From Candidatus Nitrospira inopinata (lineage in GTDB: Bacteria; Nitrospirota; Nitrospiria; Nitrospirales; Nitrospiraceae), in contig NZ_LN885086.1 of NCBI RefSeq assembly GCF_001458695.1, positions 1,290,001 to 1,322,000 on the forward strand: a stretch of DNA of 32,000 nt, read 5' to 3'. The notes under the pieces were generated by a model that worked only from the letters and a program-made list of their open reading frames with translations, was not told the DNA's origin and made no database searches. A program made the position numbers and the translations under genes. Positions 8,891-20,625 of the stretch are shown here, one piece after another. Each line of letters begins with the position of its first letter. Position 1 is the first letter of the stretch.

Positions 8891-11362
8891 ATGTGGCGCG
8901 ATGGAACAGAACCGGCTGCGGACGAGTTCGAAAAACTTGGCGTCTTTTATCTCGGCCGTCCCTACGAGTTAGCCACGAAGCAGGCCAAGCCCGGCTGGTT
9001 GCTCTATGACTCGAAGGATCTCGTGACCCACGCCGTGTGCGTAGGGATGACCGGGAGCGGGAAAACCGGCCTGTGCCTTGCTCTGCTTGAAGAGGCGGCC
9101 ATCGACGGCATTCCGGCGATCATCGTCGATCCCAAGGGCGATCTCGGCAATCTCATGCTGACGTTCCCCGGCTTGAAGGCGGAAGACTTCCGTCCCTGGA
9201 TCAATGAAGACGACGCGCGCAAGAAAGGGCTCTCACCGGACGAATACGCGGCGCAGCAGGCCGATCTGTGGAAGAGGGGGCTGGCTGCATGGGGGCAAAG
9301 CGGGGAGCGGATTCAACGGTTGCGCGACGCGGCGGAGGTCGCGATCTATACGCCAGGCAGCAACGCCGGTGTGCCGGTCTCGATCGTGCAATCATTCGCG
9401 GCGCCGGCGGCCGATGTCCGTGACGATGCGGAACTGTTGCGCGAGCGGATCAACACGACGGTGACGGGCCTGCTGGGTCTGCTCGGCCTCGACGCCGATC
9501 CGATCCAAAGCCGCGAACACATTCTCCTGTCCACGATCTTCAACCACTGTTGGAAGAACGAAGAAGACCTCGACCTCGCCTCGTTGATTCACGCCATTCA
9601 AACGCCGCCCGTGACCAAGATCGGCGTGCTGGATGTCGAATCCTTCTTCCCGTCGAAAGACCGGTTCGCTTTGGCGATGAAGCTCAACAACCTGTTGGCG
9701 GCTCCGGGATTTCAGGCCTGGCTCGAAGGAGAGGCCCTCGACATTCAGTCGTTGCTCTACACGCTGGCCGGCAAGCCGCGCCAGGCGATTTTCTCCATCG
9801 CGCACTTAAATGACGCCGAACGGATGTTCTTCGTCACACTCTTGCTGGGTCAACTGATCGGGTGGATGCGCGCGCAATCGGGCACGACCAGCCTGCGCGC
9901 CATCTTCTACATGGACGAAATTTTCGGCTACTTCCCGCCGGTGGCCAATCCGCCATCCAAACAGCCTCTGCTTACCTTGCTCAAACAGGCCCGTGCCTTC
10001 GGGCTCGGCGTCGTGCTGGCCACGCAGAATCCGGTCGATCTCGACTACAAGGGCCTGGCCAACACCGGCACCTGGTTCATCGGTCGGCTTCAGACCGAGC
10101 GGGACAAGGCGCGCGTGCTCGAAGGGCTGGAAGGGGCCTCGGCCAGTTCGGGACAGCGGTTTGATCGAACCCGCATGGAGCAGATCCTGGCCGGCTTAGG
10201 AAACCGCATCTTCCTGATGCACAACGTGCACGAGGACGAGCCCGTCGTCTTTGAGACCCGCTGGTGCCTCTCCTATTTGCGTGGACCGCTCACCAGAACG
10301 CAGATCAAGACACTGATGGATGCCGTGAGGGGCCAGGCGTCAGGGGGCAGGGGCGAGAGAAAAGACATGTCGGCATCTCCCTCGATCGCCTCACGGCTTA
10401 CGGCTCACGCCTCGCGTCCGATGTTGCCTCCCGACGTCCCGCAATATTTTGTCCCGCTGCGCGGCGCCAAGCCGAGCGGATGCGAAATGGTCTATGCGCC
10501 GATGCTCTTCGCGTCGTCGCAGGTTCGCTTCACCGATCCCAAACTCGGCATCGATGCCATGGAGTCGGTTACAGTGTTGGTTCCCATAACGGATGGGCCG
10601 GTGGCGGTGGATTGGGATCAGGCAAGCCCTATTGATGTGGCCGTCGCGGATCTCGAACAGGCTCCCGCTGCCGGCGCGCAATTTCTTGCGCCTCCTGCCG
10701 TCGCCGGCAAAGCCAAACAGTATGGGGAGTGGAACAAGGAGTTTGCTGCATGGCTGTACCGGACGCGGCAGTTGGAGGTGTTGAGGAGCCCCAGTACGAA
10801 AGAAGTCTCCAAGCCCGGCGAGTCGGAGCGGGACTTTCGCCTCCGGCTGCAGCAGGCCGGTCGTGAGCGACGGGATCAGGCCGTCGAGGCCCTGCGAAAG
10901 AAATACGCGCCGAAGATCGCCGCGCTCCAGGAACGGATCAGGCGGGCCGAGCAGATAAAGGCCAAGCAGGAAACGGAGGCGCGCACCAGCCAGGTCCAGG
11001 CGGCGATTACGGTCGGGGTGTCCCTCCTCGGAGCCTTTCTCGGACGCAAGACCGTCAGCGCGGCAAACGTCGGACGGGCCGCCACCGCCATCCGCGGCGC
11101 CGGTCGGGCCATCAAGGAATCGAAAGACGTCGGCGCGGCGGAAGAAAACCTCGCGGCCCTTCAACAACAGTTGGCGGACCTCGAAGCCCAGTTCAAAGCG
11201 GAAAGCGAGGCGCTCGCCGCCGCCATTGATCCCTTGAGCGAACCGTTGGAATCCATCTCCATCAAGCCCCCCAAGGCGGACATCACCGTGAAGCTGGTGG
11301 CCCTTGCCTGGGCACCTCATTGGCACAGCGCGAAGGATCAATTCATCCCGGCGTGGCGGTGA
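8891..11362 (+). CDS. HerA/FtsK-like (DUF87/DUF853-type) P-loop ATPase with a long C-terminal coiled-coil region
   Basis: Walker A GMTGSGKTG (9044-9070) followed by IIVDPKGDL, Walker B-like IFYMDEIFG, and VVLATQNPVDLDYK. The C-terminal 200 aa are Ala/Glu/Arg/Gln-rich heptad-like sequence with a hydrophobic stretch (AAITVGVSLLGAFLG). AAGGAG lies 8 nt upstream of the ATG at 8891, which is 2 nt after the DUF486 stop. A GTG at 8882 is an alternative start. Confidence 0.85.
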   Translation: MWRDGTEPAADEFEKLGVFYLGRPYELATKQAKPGWLLYDSKDLVTHAVCVGMTGSGKTGLCLALLEEAAIDGIPAIIVDPKGDLGNLMLTFPGLKAEDFRPWINEDDARKKGLSPDEYAAQQADLWKRGLAAWGQSGERIQRLRDAAEVAIYTPGSNAGVPVSIVQSFAAPAADVRDDAELLRERINTTVTGLLGLLGLDADPIQSREHILLSTIFNHCWKNEEDLDLASLIHAIQTPPVTKIGVLDVESFFPSKDRFALAMKLNNLLAAPGFQAWLEGEALDIQSLLYTLAGKPRQAIFSIAHLNDAERMFFVTLLLGQLIGWMRAQSGTTSLRAIFYMDEIFGYFPPVANPPSKQPLLTLLKQARAFGLGVVLATQNPVDLDYKGLANTGTWFIGRLQTERDKARVLEGLEGASASSGQRFDRTRMEQILAGLGNRIFLMHNVHEDEPVVFETRWCLSYLRGPLTRTQIKTLMDAVRGQASGGRGERKDMSASPSIASRLTAHASRPMLPPDVPQYFVPLRGAKPSGCEMVYAPMLFASSQVRFTDPKLGIDAMESVTVLVPITDGPVAVDWDQASPIDVAVADLEQAPAAGAQFLAPPAVAGKAKQYGEWNKEFAAWLYRTRQLEVLRSPSTKEVSKPGESERDFRLRLQQAGRERRDQAVEALRKKYAPKIAALQERIRRAEQIKAKQETEARTSQVQAAITVGVSLLGAFLGRKTVSAANVGRAATAIRGAGRAIKESKDVGAAEENLAALQQQLADLEAQFKAESEALAAAIDPLSEPLESISIKPPKADITVKLVALAWAPHWHSAKDQFIPAWR

Positions 11363-11433
11363 TCGCTCCCCGCGCCAATAAAATCTTTGGTCGATCGAAA
11401 GAAAGAAAACAGGAATTCACGAGGCCACGCGCA

Positions 11434-12033
11434 TCAGTTCTCAGCGGCGTGGTTTTTGTCTTTCTGCATGATCTTGTCGGTCCAGGCGAGCAGAATGGCG
11501 GAGCCGAGGAAAGTGAGATGGATGAAAATTTTCCACTTGATATGTTCGGGGTTCTCGTTCGCCACGTCCACGAAAGCTTTCAAGAGATGGATGCTCGAGA
11601 TCCCGATCAGTGAGGCGGCCAACTTGACCTTGATGGTGCCGGGATCGACGTGGCTCAGCCAATCGGGGCGATCGGGATGGGTTTCGAGATCGAGTTTGCT
11701 CACGAAGGTGGCATAGCCGCCGATGACGACCATGGTCAAGAGATTCGCCACCATCGTGACGTCGATCAATCCCAAGACTCCCAGCATGAACACGGTTTCG
11801 TCCATCTTGTGGATGTGAGTCGCCATCTCCCACAGCTCAACCAGGAATTTGTAGGCGTAGAGCAATTCCGCGACGATGAGGCCGGCGTACAACGGAGCTT
11901 GAATCCAGCGGCTGGCGAAGACGACGACTTCGAACCAGTGCTCGGCGCGTGAGAGCGGCACGGGAGGAGGCGGAGCCGCTCTCTCTTGGGTTCGCTCTTG
12001 GATTGGAGTGATGGAATCGTCGGCCATGAACAC
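11434..12033 (-). CDS. YqhA/UPF0114-family (TIGR00645-like) inner-membrane protein
   Basis: 199 aa. Family-typical SRWIQAPLYAGLIVAELLY segment and several hydrophobic helices. Confidence 0.75.
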   Translation of the reverse strand: MFMADDSITPIQERTQERAAPPPPVPLSRAEHWFEVVVFASRWIQAPLYAGLIVAELLYAYKFLVELWEMATHIHKMDETVFMLGVLGLIDVTMVANLLTMVVIGGYATFVSKLDLETHPDRPDWLSHVDPGTIKVKLAASLIGISSIHLLKAFVDVANENPEHIKWKIFIHLTFLGSAILLAWTDKIMQKDKNHAAEN

Positions 12034-12203
12034 CCTGCTCGCACACCTACGACGAAGCGGGGCGTATCGTAGTCAGGGCGATTGAAAGGTGTCAATCCGG
12101 ATTGCGCAGGCGAGATCGTGGAAGCTTGGAAACGGCCGGCCTGTTCGACGGTTTGTCTGGGGAAAGCCTCGACCCTGTGGAGTTGGAAGAGAAGAGCGGG
12201 CCG

Positions 12204-14672
<2,469 letters not shown>

Positions 14673-14778
14673 AGATAGAAGCAGCGGGTGGTGTGTCGAT
14701 TCGGCGAGGCGGCTCCCGTCGGGTCGAAGACGCTCGGAATCACTCGTCGGATCAGCGTCAGCCCCACGCCGACGTCTG

Positions 14779-15498
14779 TTACTCGAACATGTTATCGGTT
14801 GAAGCGACGAAACCTTGAGCGGGAGAGAAGGCGAGAGAGCCGCCCGACCCCTTGAAACTCGCGGCGTAAAAGGCGGCAAGCTGCGACCGCCGCCCGATCT
14901 TAAGCTTTGTGCAGATCCTGGCAAGGTAATTTTTGACCGTCTTTTCGCTCAACCGAAGAATGCCCGCGATTTCCCTGTTGGTCAGGCCCTTCGCGACCAA
15001 CGGCAACAGCCGCTTCTCCTGCGGAGAGAGCAACGGGCGTCCCGCTTGGCTTGCGATGGATCGGCGGCTCTTGATCCACGGTAGGGAGGGGGTCGTCAGG
15101 CGCGGATCGACGAAGGCTTGGCCGGAGGCGATGATCCGAATGGCCCGAACCAGCGCGTCCGAAGAAATATCTTTCAGCAAATACCCATGTGCTCCGGACA
15201 GGATGGCTTCCGTGACCGTATGGTCGTCGGCGAAGCTGGTCAAGAACAAAATTTTGGTGCGAGGGGAACAGGCGAGGATGTCGCGCGCCGCGTCGACCCC
15301 GCTGCCGTCGGGCAAGCGGATATCAAGCAGCGCAAGGTCCGGTTTGAGGCGGAGACACAGGCTCGTCGCCTCCCGCATCAGAGCGGTTTGCCCCACCACT
15401 ACGATGCCGGGCGTGAGGTCAAGCACCGCGCGCAGCCCGATGCGCACGACCTCGTGGTCGTCGACGATCACCAGACGGATCGTGCCGGGTTTTCTCAT
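14779..15498 (-). CDS. NarL/FixJ-family response regulator (REC + LuxR-type HTH)
   Basis: 239 aa. VIVDDHEVVR...LLDIRLPDGSG receiver and C-terminal LSPQEKRLLPLVAKGLTNREIAGILRLSEKTVKNY HTH. Confidence 0.93.
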   Translation of the reverse strand: MRKPGTIRLVIVDDHEVVRIGLRAVLDLTPGIVVVGQTALMREATSLCLRLKPDLALLDIRLPDGSGVDAARDILACSPRTKILFLTSFADDHTVTEAILSGAHGYLLKDISSDALVRAIRIIASGQAFVDPRLTTPSLPWIKSRRSIASQAGRPLLSPQEKRLLPLVAKGLTNREIAGILRLSEKTVKNYLARICTKLKIGRRSQLAAFYAASFKGSGGSLAFSPAQGFVASTDNMFE

Positions 15499-18400
15499 GA
15501 ATCGGTCCTTTCTCTATAGGCGTCTCGACGGTCAAACGGGTTCCCTTTCCCGGCGCGCTCTCGAGGGAAAATCGGGCCTCCAGTTTTTTCGCTCGGGCTG
15601 CCATATTGGCCAGCCCGTGGCCGCGGCGCAGCGGGCGTCCGGCGGCGAAGCCGATGCCGTCGTCGCCGATCTCCAGGCGAACGGCGTCCGCCGACCGGCT
15701 CAGTCGCACCCACCGGCGGGCGGCTTGCGCGTGTCGCACGCTGTTGCTGAGCGCTTCGCGCGCGATGTTCAGCAACTGCTGCTTCTGAAAGGGGGTTAGA
15801 GGAGCGACGGCGACCTCCGCGATCTCGATCGCGGGGGGCGATTGATCGGCGACGCACATCGATGCGGCCAATTGACGAAGTGCGTCTCCGAAATCGGACG
15901 GCGCAGCGGTTCGACTTGTCAACAGGCCGATAAAATGGCGAATATCCAGCACCAGGTGATTTAATTGCTCGATCGCCCGCGCGACGTGCGTTTTCCATGT
16001 ACGGGGAGCCTGTTCTCTCGCCAGCTTGGCGGCTTCCATTTGCATGCCGACCGCGTAGAGCGATTGGAGAATATTGTCGTGCAAATCTCGGCTTAGCTGT
16101 TCGCGCTCGTTCCGTGCCTGGTCTCTGACGATGGCGATGCCCGCCAAGTGGGTGGCCCGCTCCATCAGGGACAGATCGACGGACGTCGGCCGGGCGACGT
16201 GCCGGCTGTATATCGCAAACGTGCCGAGCACTTGTTTCGACGGCGACAGAATCGGCATGGACCAACAGGCTCTCAGTCCGTGGTCGAGCGCGACGGCTCG
16301 GCAATCGGTCCAGAGGGGATCCCCCGCAATGTCCGAGACGATGATGGTTTTGGCGGAGAACGCGGCGGTTCCGCATGAACCGACCGCAGGGCCGATGGCG
16401 ATCCCGTCGATCGATCGGAGATAGGCGGGAGGTAAACTGGGCGCGGCGGCCGGATGCAGCCGGCCGGTGTGTGGATTCAACAGCAAGATCGAACACAGCA
16501 GCTCCGGATTTTGCCGTTCGATCATGGTGCACAGCGTCTCAAGGACCGTAGAGAGAGGGGTCTCCTGTGAGATCAGCTCGAGACAGCGCATCTCTCCGGC
16601 AAGCAACGACTCGGAATGTTTGCGCGCGGTGATGTCGTGAACGGCCGCCAACACGAGAGGACCCGAATGGCCTGGCAGCGCGGTGGTCGTGGCTTCCACG
16701 GATACCCAGATCACCTCGCCGGACTTTCGGATGTACCGCTTTTCAAGGTTGTAGTGGATGCAGCCGCCCTGTAAAAGGCTGTCGGTCAGAAGCACGTTTT
16801 GGGGAAGGTCCTCCGGGTGGGTAAACAGGGCGTAGGTCTGTCCGAGCAATTCCGATTCGTCATAGCCGGTCAGTCGGCAAAAGGCTTTGTTGACGCGGAC
16901 CATGCGTTTTTTGTGGTCCAGGATCGCCAGCCCCACGGGTGCGTCGGCGACGAACTGATGGAGGCTGGCTTCGCTCGCCCGCAAGGCTTCCTCGGCTTGC
17001 TTGCGAACGGTCACGTCTCGGGCGATGCTGAGCGCGCCGGTCACGATGCCGTCATCGTTGCGAAGGGGCACCGAGTGGGCTTCGAGATACCGTTCGTTCC
17101 CGTGGACGTCGATGATGCGGAAGGTCAGGATACCGGTCTCCCCGGCGCAGACTATTCGGTGAAACCGTTCATAAGCCGGACGGTCGTCCGGATGAATAAA
17201 GGAAAAGACCGGCTTGCCAAGGATGTCCCGCTCCGCTGTCATTCCCAAAATGGCAAGGCCTGCGGGGTTCATGCTGGTGATCGAACCGTCCACGTCGACG
17301 GTTTTGACACATTCCGGCTCGCTGTCGATGATCATGCGCAGGCGGCGTTCGCTTTCTCTGCGAGCGGCCTCGGCCCGAATCAAGTTGGATTGGTCGACAA
17401 GAATGCCGATGGCCGTCTCAAATTCTCCTCCGGGCTGTTCCCGGACGTACACCGGCCAGAGCAACAGGTCGATCAGGGTGCCGTCTTTGCGTCGGCGGCG
17501 CAATTCGACGGGGGCGGTGAGCTCTCCGCGCACGCCGGCTTCCCACAAGCAATCGGCGGCTTCCTCTTCTCCCGGAGGAATGTACGGCAATTCCTTGCCG
17601 ATGACTTCCTCCTCGGACCAGCCGAACAACTTGGCGGCGGCGGGGTTCCAGCTTGTGACTTTCGCCGTCTGATCGAGACTGATGATCGGAAGAGGGGACT
17701 CGTGAATCAAGGTCGCGAGTAAGCGACCGGTTCTGCGGTGCTCGGTCACGTCTTCGCAGACAATGAGGATCATCAGCCCGCTGTTGGAACCCACGATCGC
17801 TCTGGCTCGCTCGTGCACCCAGAGGCGGGATCCGTCCTTGCGGATTTTTTGGATCTCCCATGTGAAGGCCCGAAAGGGGTGATCCGCGCATTGTCGGAGC
17901 TGAGTCAGTACGGTCTCTCGGTCGGCTGCGTCGAAGACCGTCAACACCGATTGGCCGACCAGTTCGTCCACCGTGTAGCCAAGCTGTGCGGCTCCATAGC
18001 GGTTGACGGAGACGATAAGCCCGTCGGGCGAGAGGGTGAAGTACATGGAGGGGTTATCGTCGTACAGAGTGCGGAACCGTTCTTCACGCTGCCGGATGAT
18101 CTCATCTGCGCGGAGCCGCTCCAATTCGGCGCCGGCCCGTTCCGCGAAAACTCTGACGATGGCGCGCCCCTGGGCGTGGTCGAACAGAAACGGATGCTCG
18201 TCCATGATGCAAAGGTGCCCCCTCTTTCGGCCGTCTCGGCCGAACAGGGATTCTCCCATGTAGCTCTCGATGCGGTGCCGAGTCAGATACGTGTCTTGAG
18301 CAAACAGCCGCCAGGCTCCTTCGGGGAAAAAGGCCGAGCCTTGATCCATGACGATTTTGCAGGGAGTGCTCGCCAGGTCGTACTCCAGCGGATCGGAGGT

Positions 18401-18895
18401 CCGACCAAGCGACCAACCGGCGACGATCCGCACTCGATCCGTCCCGTCCGAGGACAATTCCGTAACGAACACGTGCGAGACCTTCAAAATATCGGAGAGT
18501 TGTTGGACGAGCGCTCGGAGGAATGCTCGTCCCTCCGCGCTGCCGGCGCAGGCGGCGAGGGCATTGATCGCGCGGTTGGTCCATTTCAGGTCGGCGGTTT
18601 CCCGCTCCAGCTCGGCGACGCGGCTTCGAAGGATTGCCAGTTCGTCGTGGGGAGGCAAAAAAGGCGATTCGCTCTTGATATCGGCGCTCAACGGGGTAAC
18701 TCTCTGCTCAATGTCTCGATCGCAACAGGCCCGTAATAGATAAAACAAGCCAATATAAAACCCATGAAAAACAAAAATCCAGTCGGTTGCAATCGGATGG
18801 ATCCGGTTCGACCGCTCCGATCGGTAGGGGTAAGTGAAGCCCTCTTGTGTAAAGACGCCGGTGCTCTGAAGAAAGGGGATGAGGAAAAAGCGCAA
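15419..18895 (-). CDS. Multi-sensor histidine kinase: (possible N-terminal TM helix)-GAF-PAS x4-GAF-HisKA_3-HATPase_c
   Basis: HisKA_3 H-box RDLHDNILQSLYAV, N box REALSNSVRHA, G boxes DDGIGF / GHGLANM. Four PAS-like repeats and two GAF-like regions read from the translation. The 5' end is uncertain: 18895 is a TTG with no SD, and there is no ATG for about 180 codons. The 3' end runs 80 nt into the downstream regulator gene in another frame. Confidence 0.88.
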   Translation of the reverse strand: MRFFLIPFLQSTGVFTQEGFTYPYRSERSNRIHPIATDWIFVFHGFYIGLFYLLRACCDRDIEQRVTPLSADIKSESPFLPPHDELAILRSRVAELERETADLKWTNRAINALAACAGSAEGRAFLRALVQQLSDILKVSHVFVTELSSDGTDRVRIVAGWSLGRTSDPLEYDLASTPCKIVMDQGSAFFPEGAWRLFAQDTYLTRHRIESYMGESLFGRDGRKRGHLCIMDEHPFLFDHAQGRAIVRVFAERAGAELERLRADEIIRQREERFRTLYDDNPSMYFTLSPDGLIVSVNRYGAAQLGYTVDELVGQSVLTVFDAADRETVLTQLRQCADHPFRAFTWEIQKIRKDGSRLWVHERARAIVGSNSGLMILIVCEDVTEHRRTGRLLATLIHESPLPIISLDQTAKVTSWNPAAAKLFGWSEEEVIGKELPYIPPGEEEAADCLWEAGVRGELTAPVELRRRRKDGTLIDLLLWPVYVREQPGGEFETAIGILVDQSNLIRAEAARRESERRLRMIIDSEPECVKTVDVDGSITSMNPAGLAILGMTAERDILGKPVFSFIHPDDRPAYERFHRIVCAGETGILTFRIIDVHGNERYLEAHSVPLRNDDGIVTGALSIARDVTVRKQAEEALRASEASLHQFVADAPVGLAILDHKKRMVRVNKAFCRLTGYDESELLGQTYALFTHPEDLPQNVLLTDSLLQGGCIHYNLEKRYIRKSGEVIWVSVEATTTALPGHSGPLVLAAVHDITARKHSESLLAGEMRCLELISQETPLSTVLETLCTMIERQNPELLCSILLLNPHTGRLHPAAAPSLPPAYLRSIDGIAIGPAVGSCGTAAFSAKTIIVSDIAGDPLWTDCRAVALDHGLRACWSMPILSPSKQVLGTFAIYSRHVARPTSVDLSLMERATHLAGIAIVRDQARNEREQLSRDLHDNILQSLYAVGMQMEAAKLAREQAPRTWKTHVARAIEQLNHLVLDIRHFIGLLTSRTAAPSDFGDALRQLAASMCVADQSPPAIEIAEVAVAPLTPFQKQQLLNIAREALSNSVRHAQAARRWVRLSRSADAVRLEIGDDGIGFAAGRPLRRGHGLANMAARAKKLEARFSLESAPGKGTRLTVETPIEKGPIHEKTRHDPSGDRRRPRGRAHRAARGA

Positions 18896-18947
18896 GAGGT
18901 GATCCCGCGAAGTCGTTCGGCGCGGTGTCGGCTCCGTTGTCGGTGAA

Positions 18948-19769
18948 TTAGGCGATGGTCAACGTCGGCTCCAAGAAGAATTCGACGGTGATGCGCGCGC
19001 GGTGTCCTTGCTCGGCGTGGACGTGCATCGTTCCGCGGAGCTTTGCGGCTCGATGCTTCAATGACCGGATGATGTCAAGGTTTCGGCCGTGTCTGTTGTC
19101 GGCGGCAAGATTCTTTCCATCGTCCATGATATTGAGGCGAATCTTCCGCCCAAGCCGTCGGATGGAAATCACGACGCGGGTGGCATGGGCCTGGCGGACA
19201 CGGTGCCGCACGCCGTCCCGCACGAGGCTGAGGATCTCGCGCTCTTCTTCCCTCGTGAGAATCTCAAGGGCGGCTGACTGCAGAGACAAGGCGATTCGCG
19301 CTCGACCGATATCGTTGTACACGGATTGGAGATTATAGAGTTCGGCCGTCAGGTCGAACTCTCCGTCGGCCGGGTCGACAAACACGCGGGTGATGCGTCC
19401 GATTTCTCCGGCCAGGCGGCGGATTTGACGAGCGACGCTGTTCTCCGTCTCCGTCCTTTTCCCATAGAGAGCGGCATTCATTCGTTGAGTTCCCCGTGAG
19501 GGAACAGCCCCGGCAGAGAATCTTCGAAGAGGGAGGCTGTCGATGTGAGGGGCGATGCGGGAATGGCGCGTGAGGAGAGAAAAGACCCGTTGCGTGATGG
19601 CCTTGAGAAACATGCCGAGTTCCCGCCTCACGGATTTCGAACGTCCGGGAAACGGAGAACATCGTGCGTGGTCGAGCCTTGACTTGGGAAGCGCGCGTGG
19701 GCGGTGTGAATCAAGAAAGGCATGCCGGGGTCCGTCGAGGATCTGGTGGCCGGGATTTTTTTTCTTCAC
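18948..19769 (-). CDS. Degenerate HisKA_3-type histidine-kinase paralog (predicted pseudokinase)
   Basis: 273 aa, intact ORF. GGAG SD 8 nt upstream of a GTG start. The C-terminal roughly 136 aa align nearly without gaps (136 vs 137 residues) to the kinase at 20622-21440. However, the H-box DLHD is absent, the N-box Asn is His (VRDGVRH vs VREALSN), G1 is DDGKNL (vs DDGRGF) and G2 is GRNLDII (vs GYGLTNM). Confidence 0.7.
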   Translation of the reverse strand: MKKKNPGHQILDGPRHAFLDSHRPRALPKSRLDHARCSPFPGRSKSVRRELGMFLKAITQRVFSLLTRHSRIAPHIDSLPLRRFSAGAVPSRGTQRMNAALYGKRTETENSVARQIRRLAGEIGRITRVFVDPADGEFDLTAELYNLQSVYNDIGRARIALSLQSAALEILTREEEREILSLVRDGVRHRVRQAHATRVVISIRRLGRKIRLNIMDDGKNLAADNRHGRNLDIIRSLKHRAAKLRGTMHVHAEQGHRARITVEFFLEPTLTIA

Positions 19770-19923
19770 GTGCGCGGCCTCCGATTATGCCCGTCGGCTT
19801 CTTGCGGTTGCGACGGCCTCAAGTCCGGACCGTCGTGTGCCTCGTGAATGTACATGGACCAGTCCATAGGGGAGACCGTGCCCTCGATGGCCGGAACTGT
19901 GTCAAGAGCGGAGGGCTTGCCCG

Positions 19924-20625
19924 TCAGGTGTCATTCTGAACCGGCTGAACCGGCGGCGTGGCTGTCGCATAGGGAACCCGATTTTCCTTGATGAACCATG
20001 CAACGGCTTCGGCGCGGCGCTTCACCTGGATCTTGAAAAAGATGTTGGCGATGTAGTTCTTGACGGTCTTGTCGCTTAAGCAGAGGTGGGCCGCGATTTC
20101 CTTGTTGGTCTTGCCTTCCGCCAGCAAGGGCATGATGAGACGTTCTTGCTTGGACAGTTTGGCGAGTCCATTGGCAAAGGGGCTCGCAAGCGCGCCTGAC
20201 CGGACCCAATCGAGCGTTTTTTGGGTCACGCGGGGGTCGAGGTAGCCGCGACCGTCCGCCACCGTGCGAACGGCTCGTAGCAGCTCTTCCAATCTCACGT
20301 CCTTGAGAAGGTATCCGTGGGCGCCGTTCTGTAGAGCGGCGATGACCGTGGCGTCCTCGGCATGGCCGGTCAATACCAAAATACGGGTATGGGGAGTCGA
20401 CGCATGGAGTTTTCGGCAAATGTCCACGCCGGTCGCGTCTGGGAGGTGGAGGTCAAGGAGGACCACGTGAGGATGCAGGCGCTCCACGAGGGGAATGGCG
20501 TCGGCCGCCGTTCCCGCTTCTCCGACGATAGTGAAATCGTTCTCACGTTCCAGAAACGCGCGCAGACCTTGACGGACCATCTCGTGGTCGTCGATGAGGA
20601 CGATGCGAATAAGCGGGCGTTTCAT
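19924..20625 (-). CDS. NarL/FixJ-family response regulator (REC + LuxR-type HTH)
   Basis: Start taken at MKRPLIRIVLIDDHEMVR (ATG 20625), which forms an ATGA overlap with the upstream kinase stop. HTH is LSKQERLIMPLLAEGKTNKEIAAHLCLSDKTVKNY. Paralogous to 14779-15498. Confidence 0.92.
   Translation of the reverse strand: MKRPLIRIVLIDDHEMVRQGLRAFLERENDFTIVGEAGTAADAIPLVERLHPHVVLLDLHLPDATGVDICRKLHASTPHTRILVLTGHAEDATVIAALQNGAHGYLLKDVRLEELLRAVRTVADGRGYLDPRVTQKTLDWVRSGALASPFANGLAKLSKQERLIMPLLAEGKTNKEIAAHLCLSDKTVKNYIANIFFKIQVKRRAEAVAWFIKENRVPYATATPPVQPVQNDT

Noticed and set aside
14673-14924. N-terminal 84-codon extension of the hybrid kinase ORF (ORF-track start 14924).
   Set aside because: The extension overlaps the 3' end of the upstream response-regulator gene on the same strand and encodes Arg/Ser/Pro-rich sequence with no domain. 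The internal ATG at 14672 begins directly at the first PAS region.
19854-19867. Palindrome ATGGAC-CA-GTCCAT between the regulator gene and the pseudokinase gene.
   Set aside because: It is a short (6-nt arm) isolated palindrome with no second copy or resemblance to the lux box. It could be a minor operator, but chance occurrence cannot be excluded.
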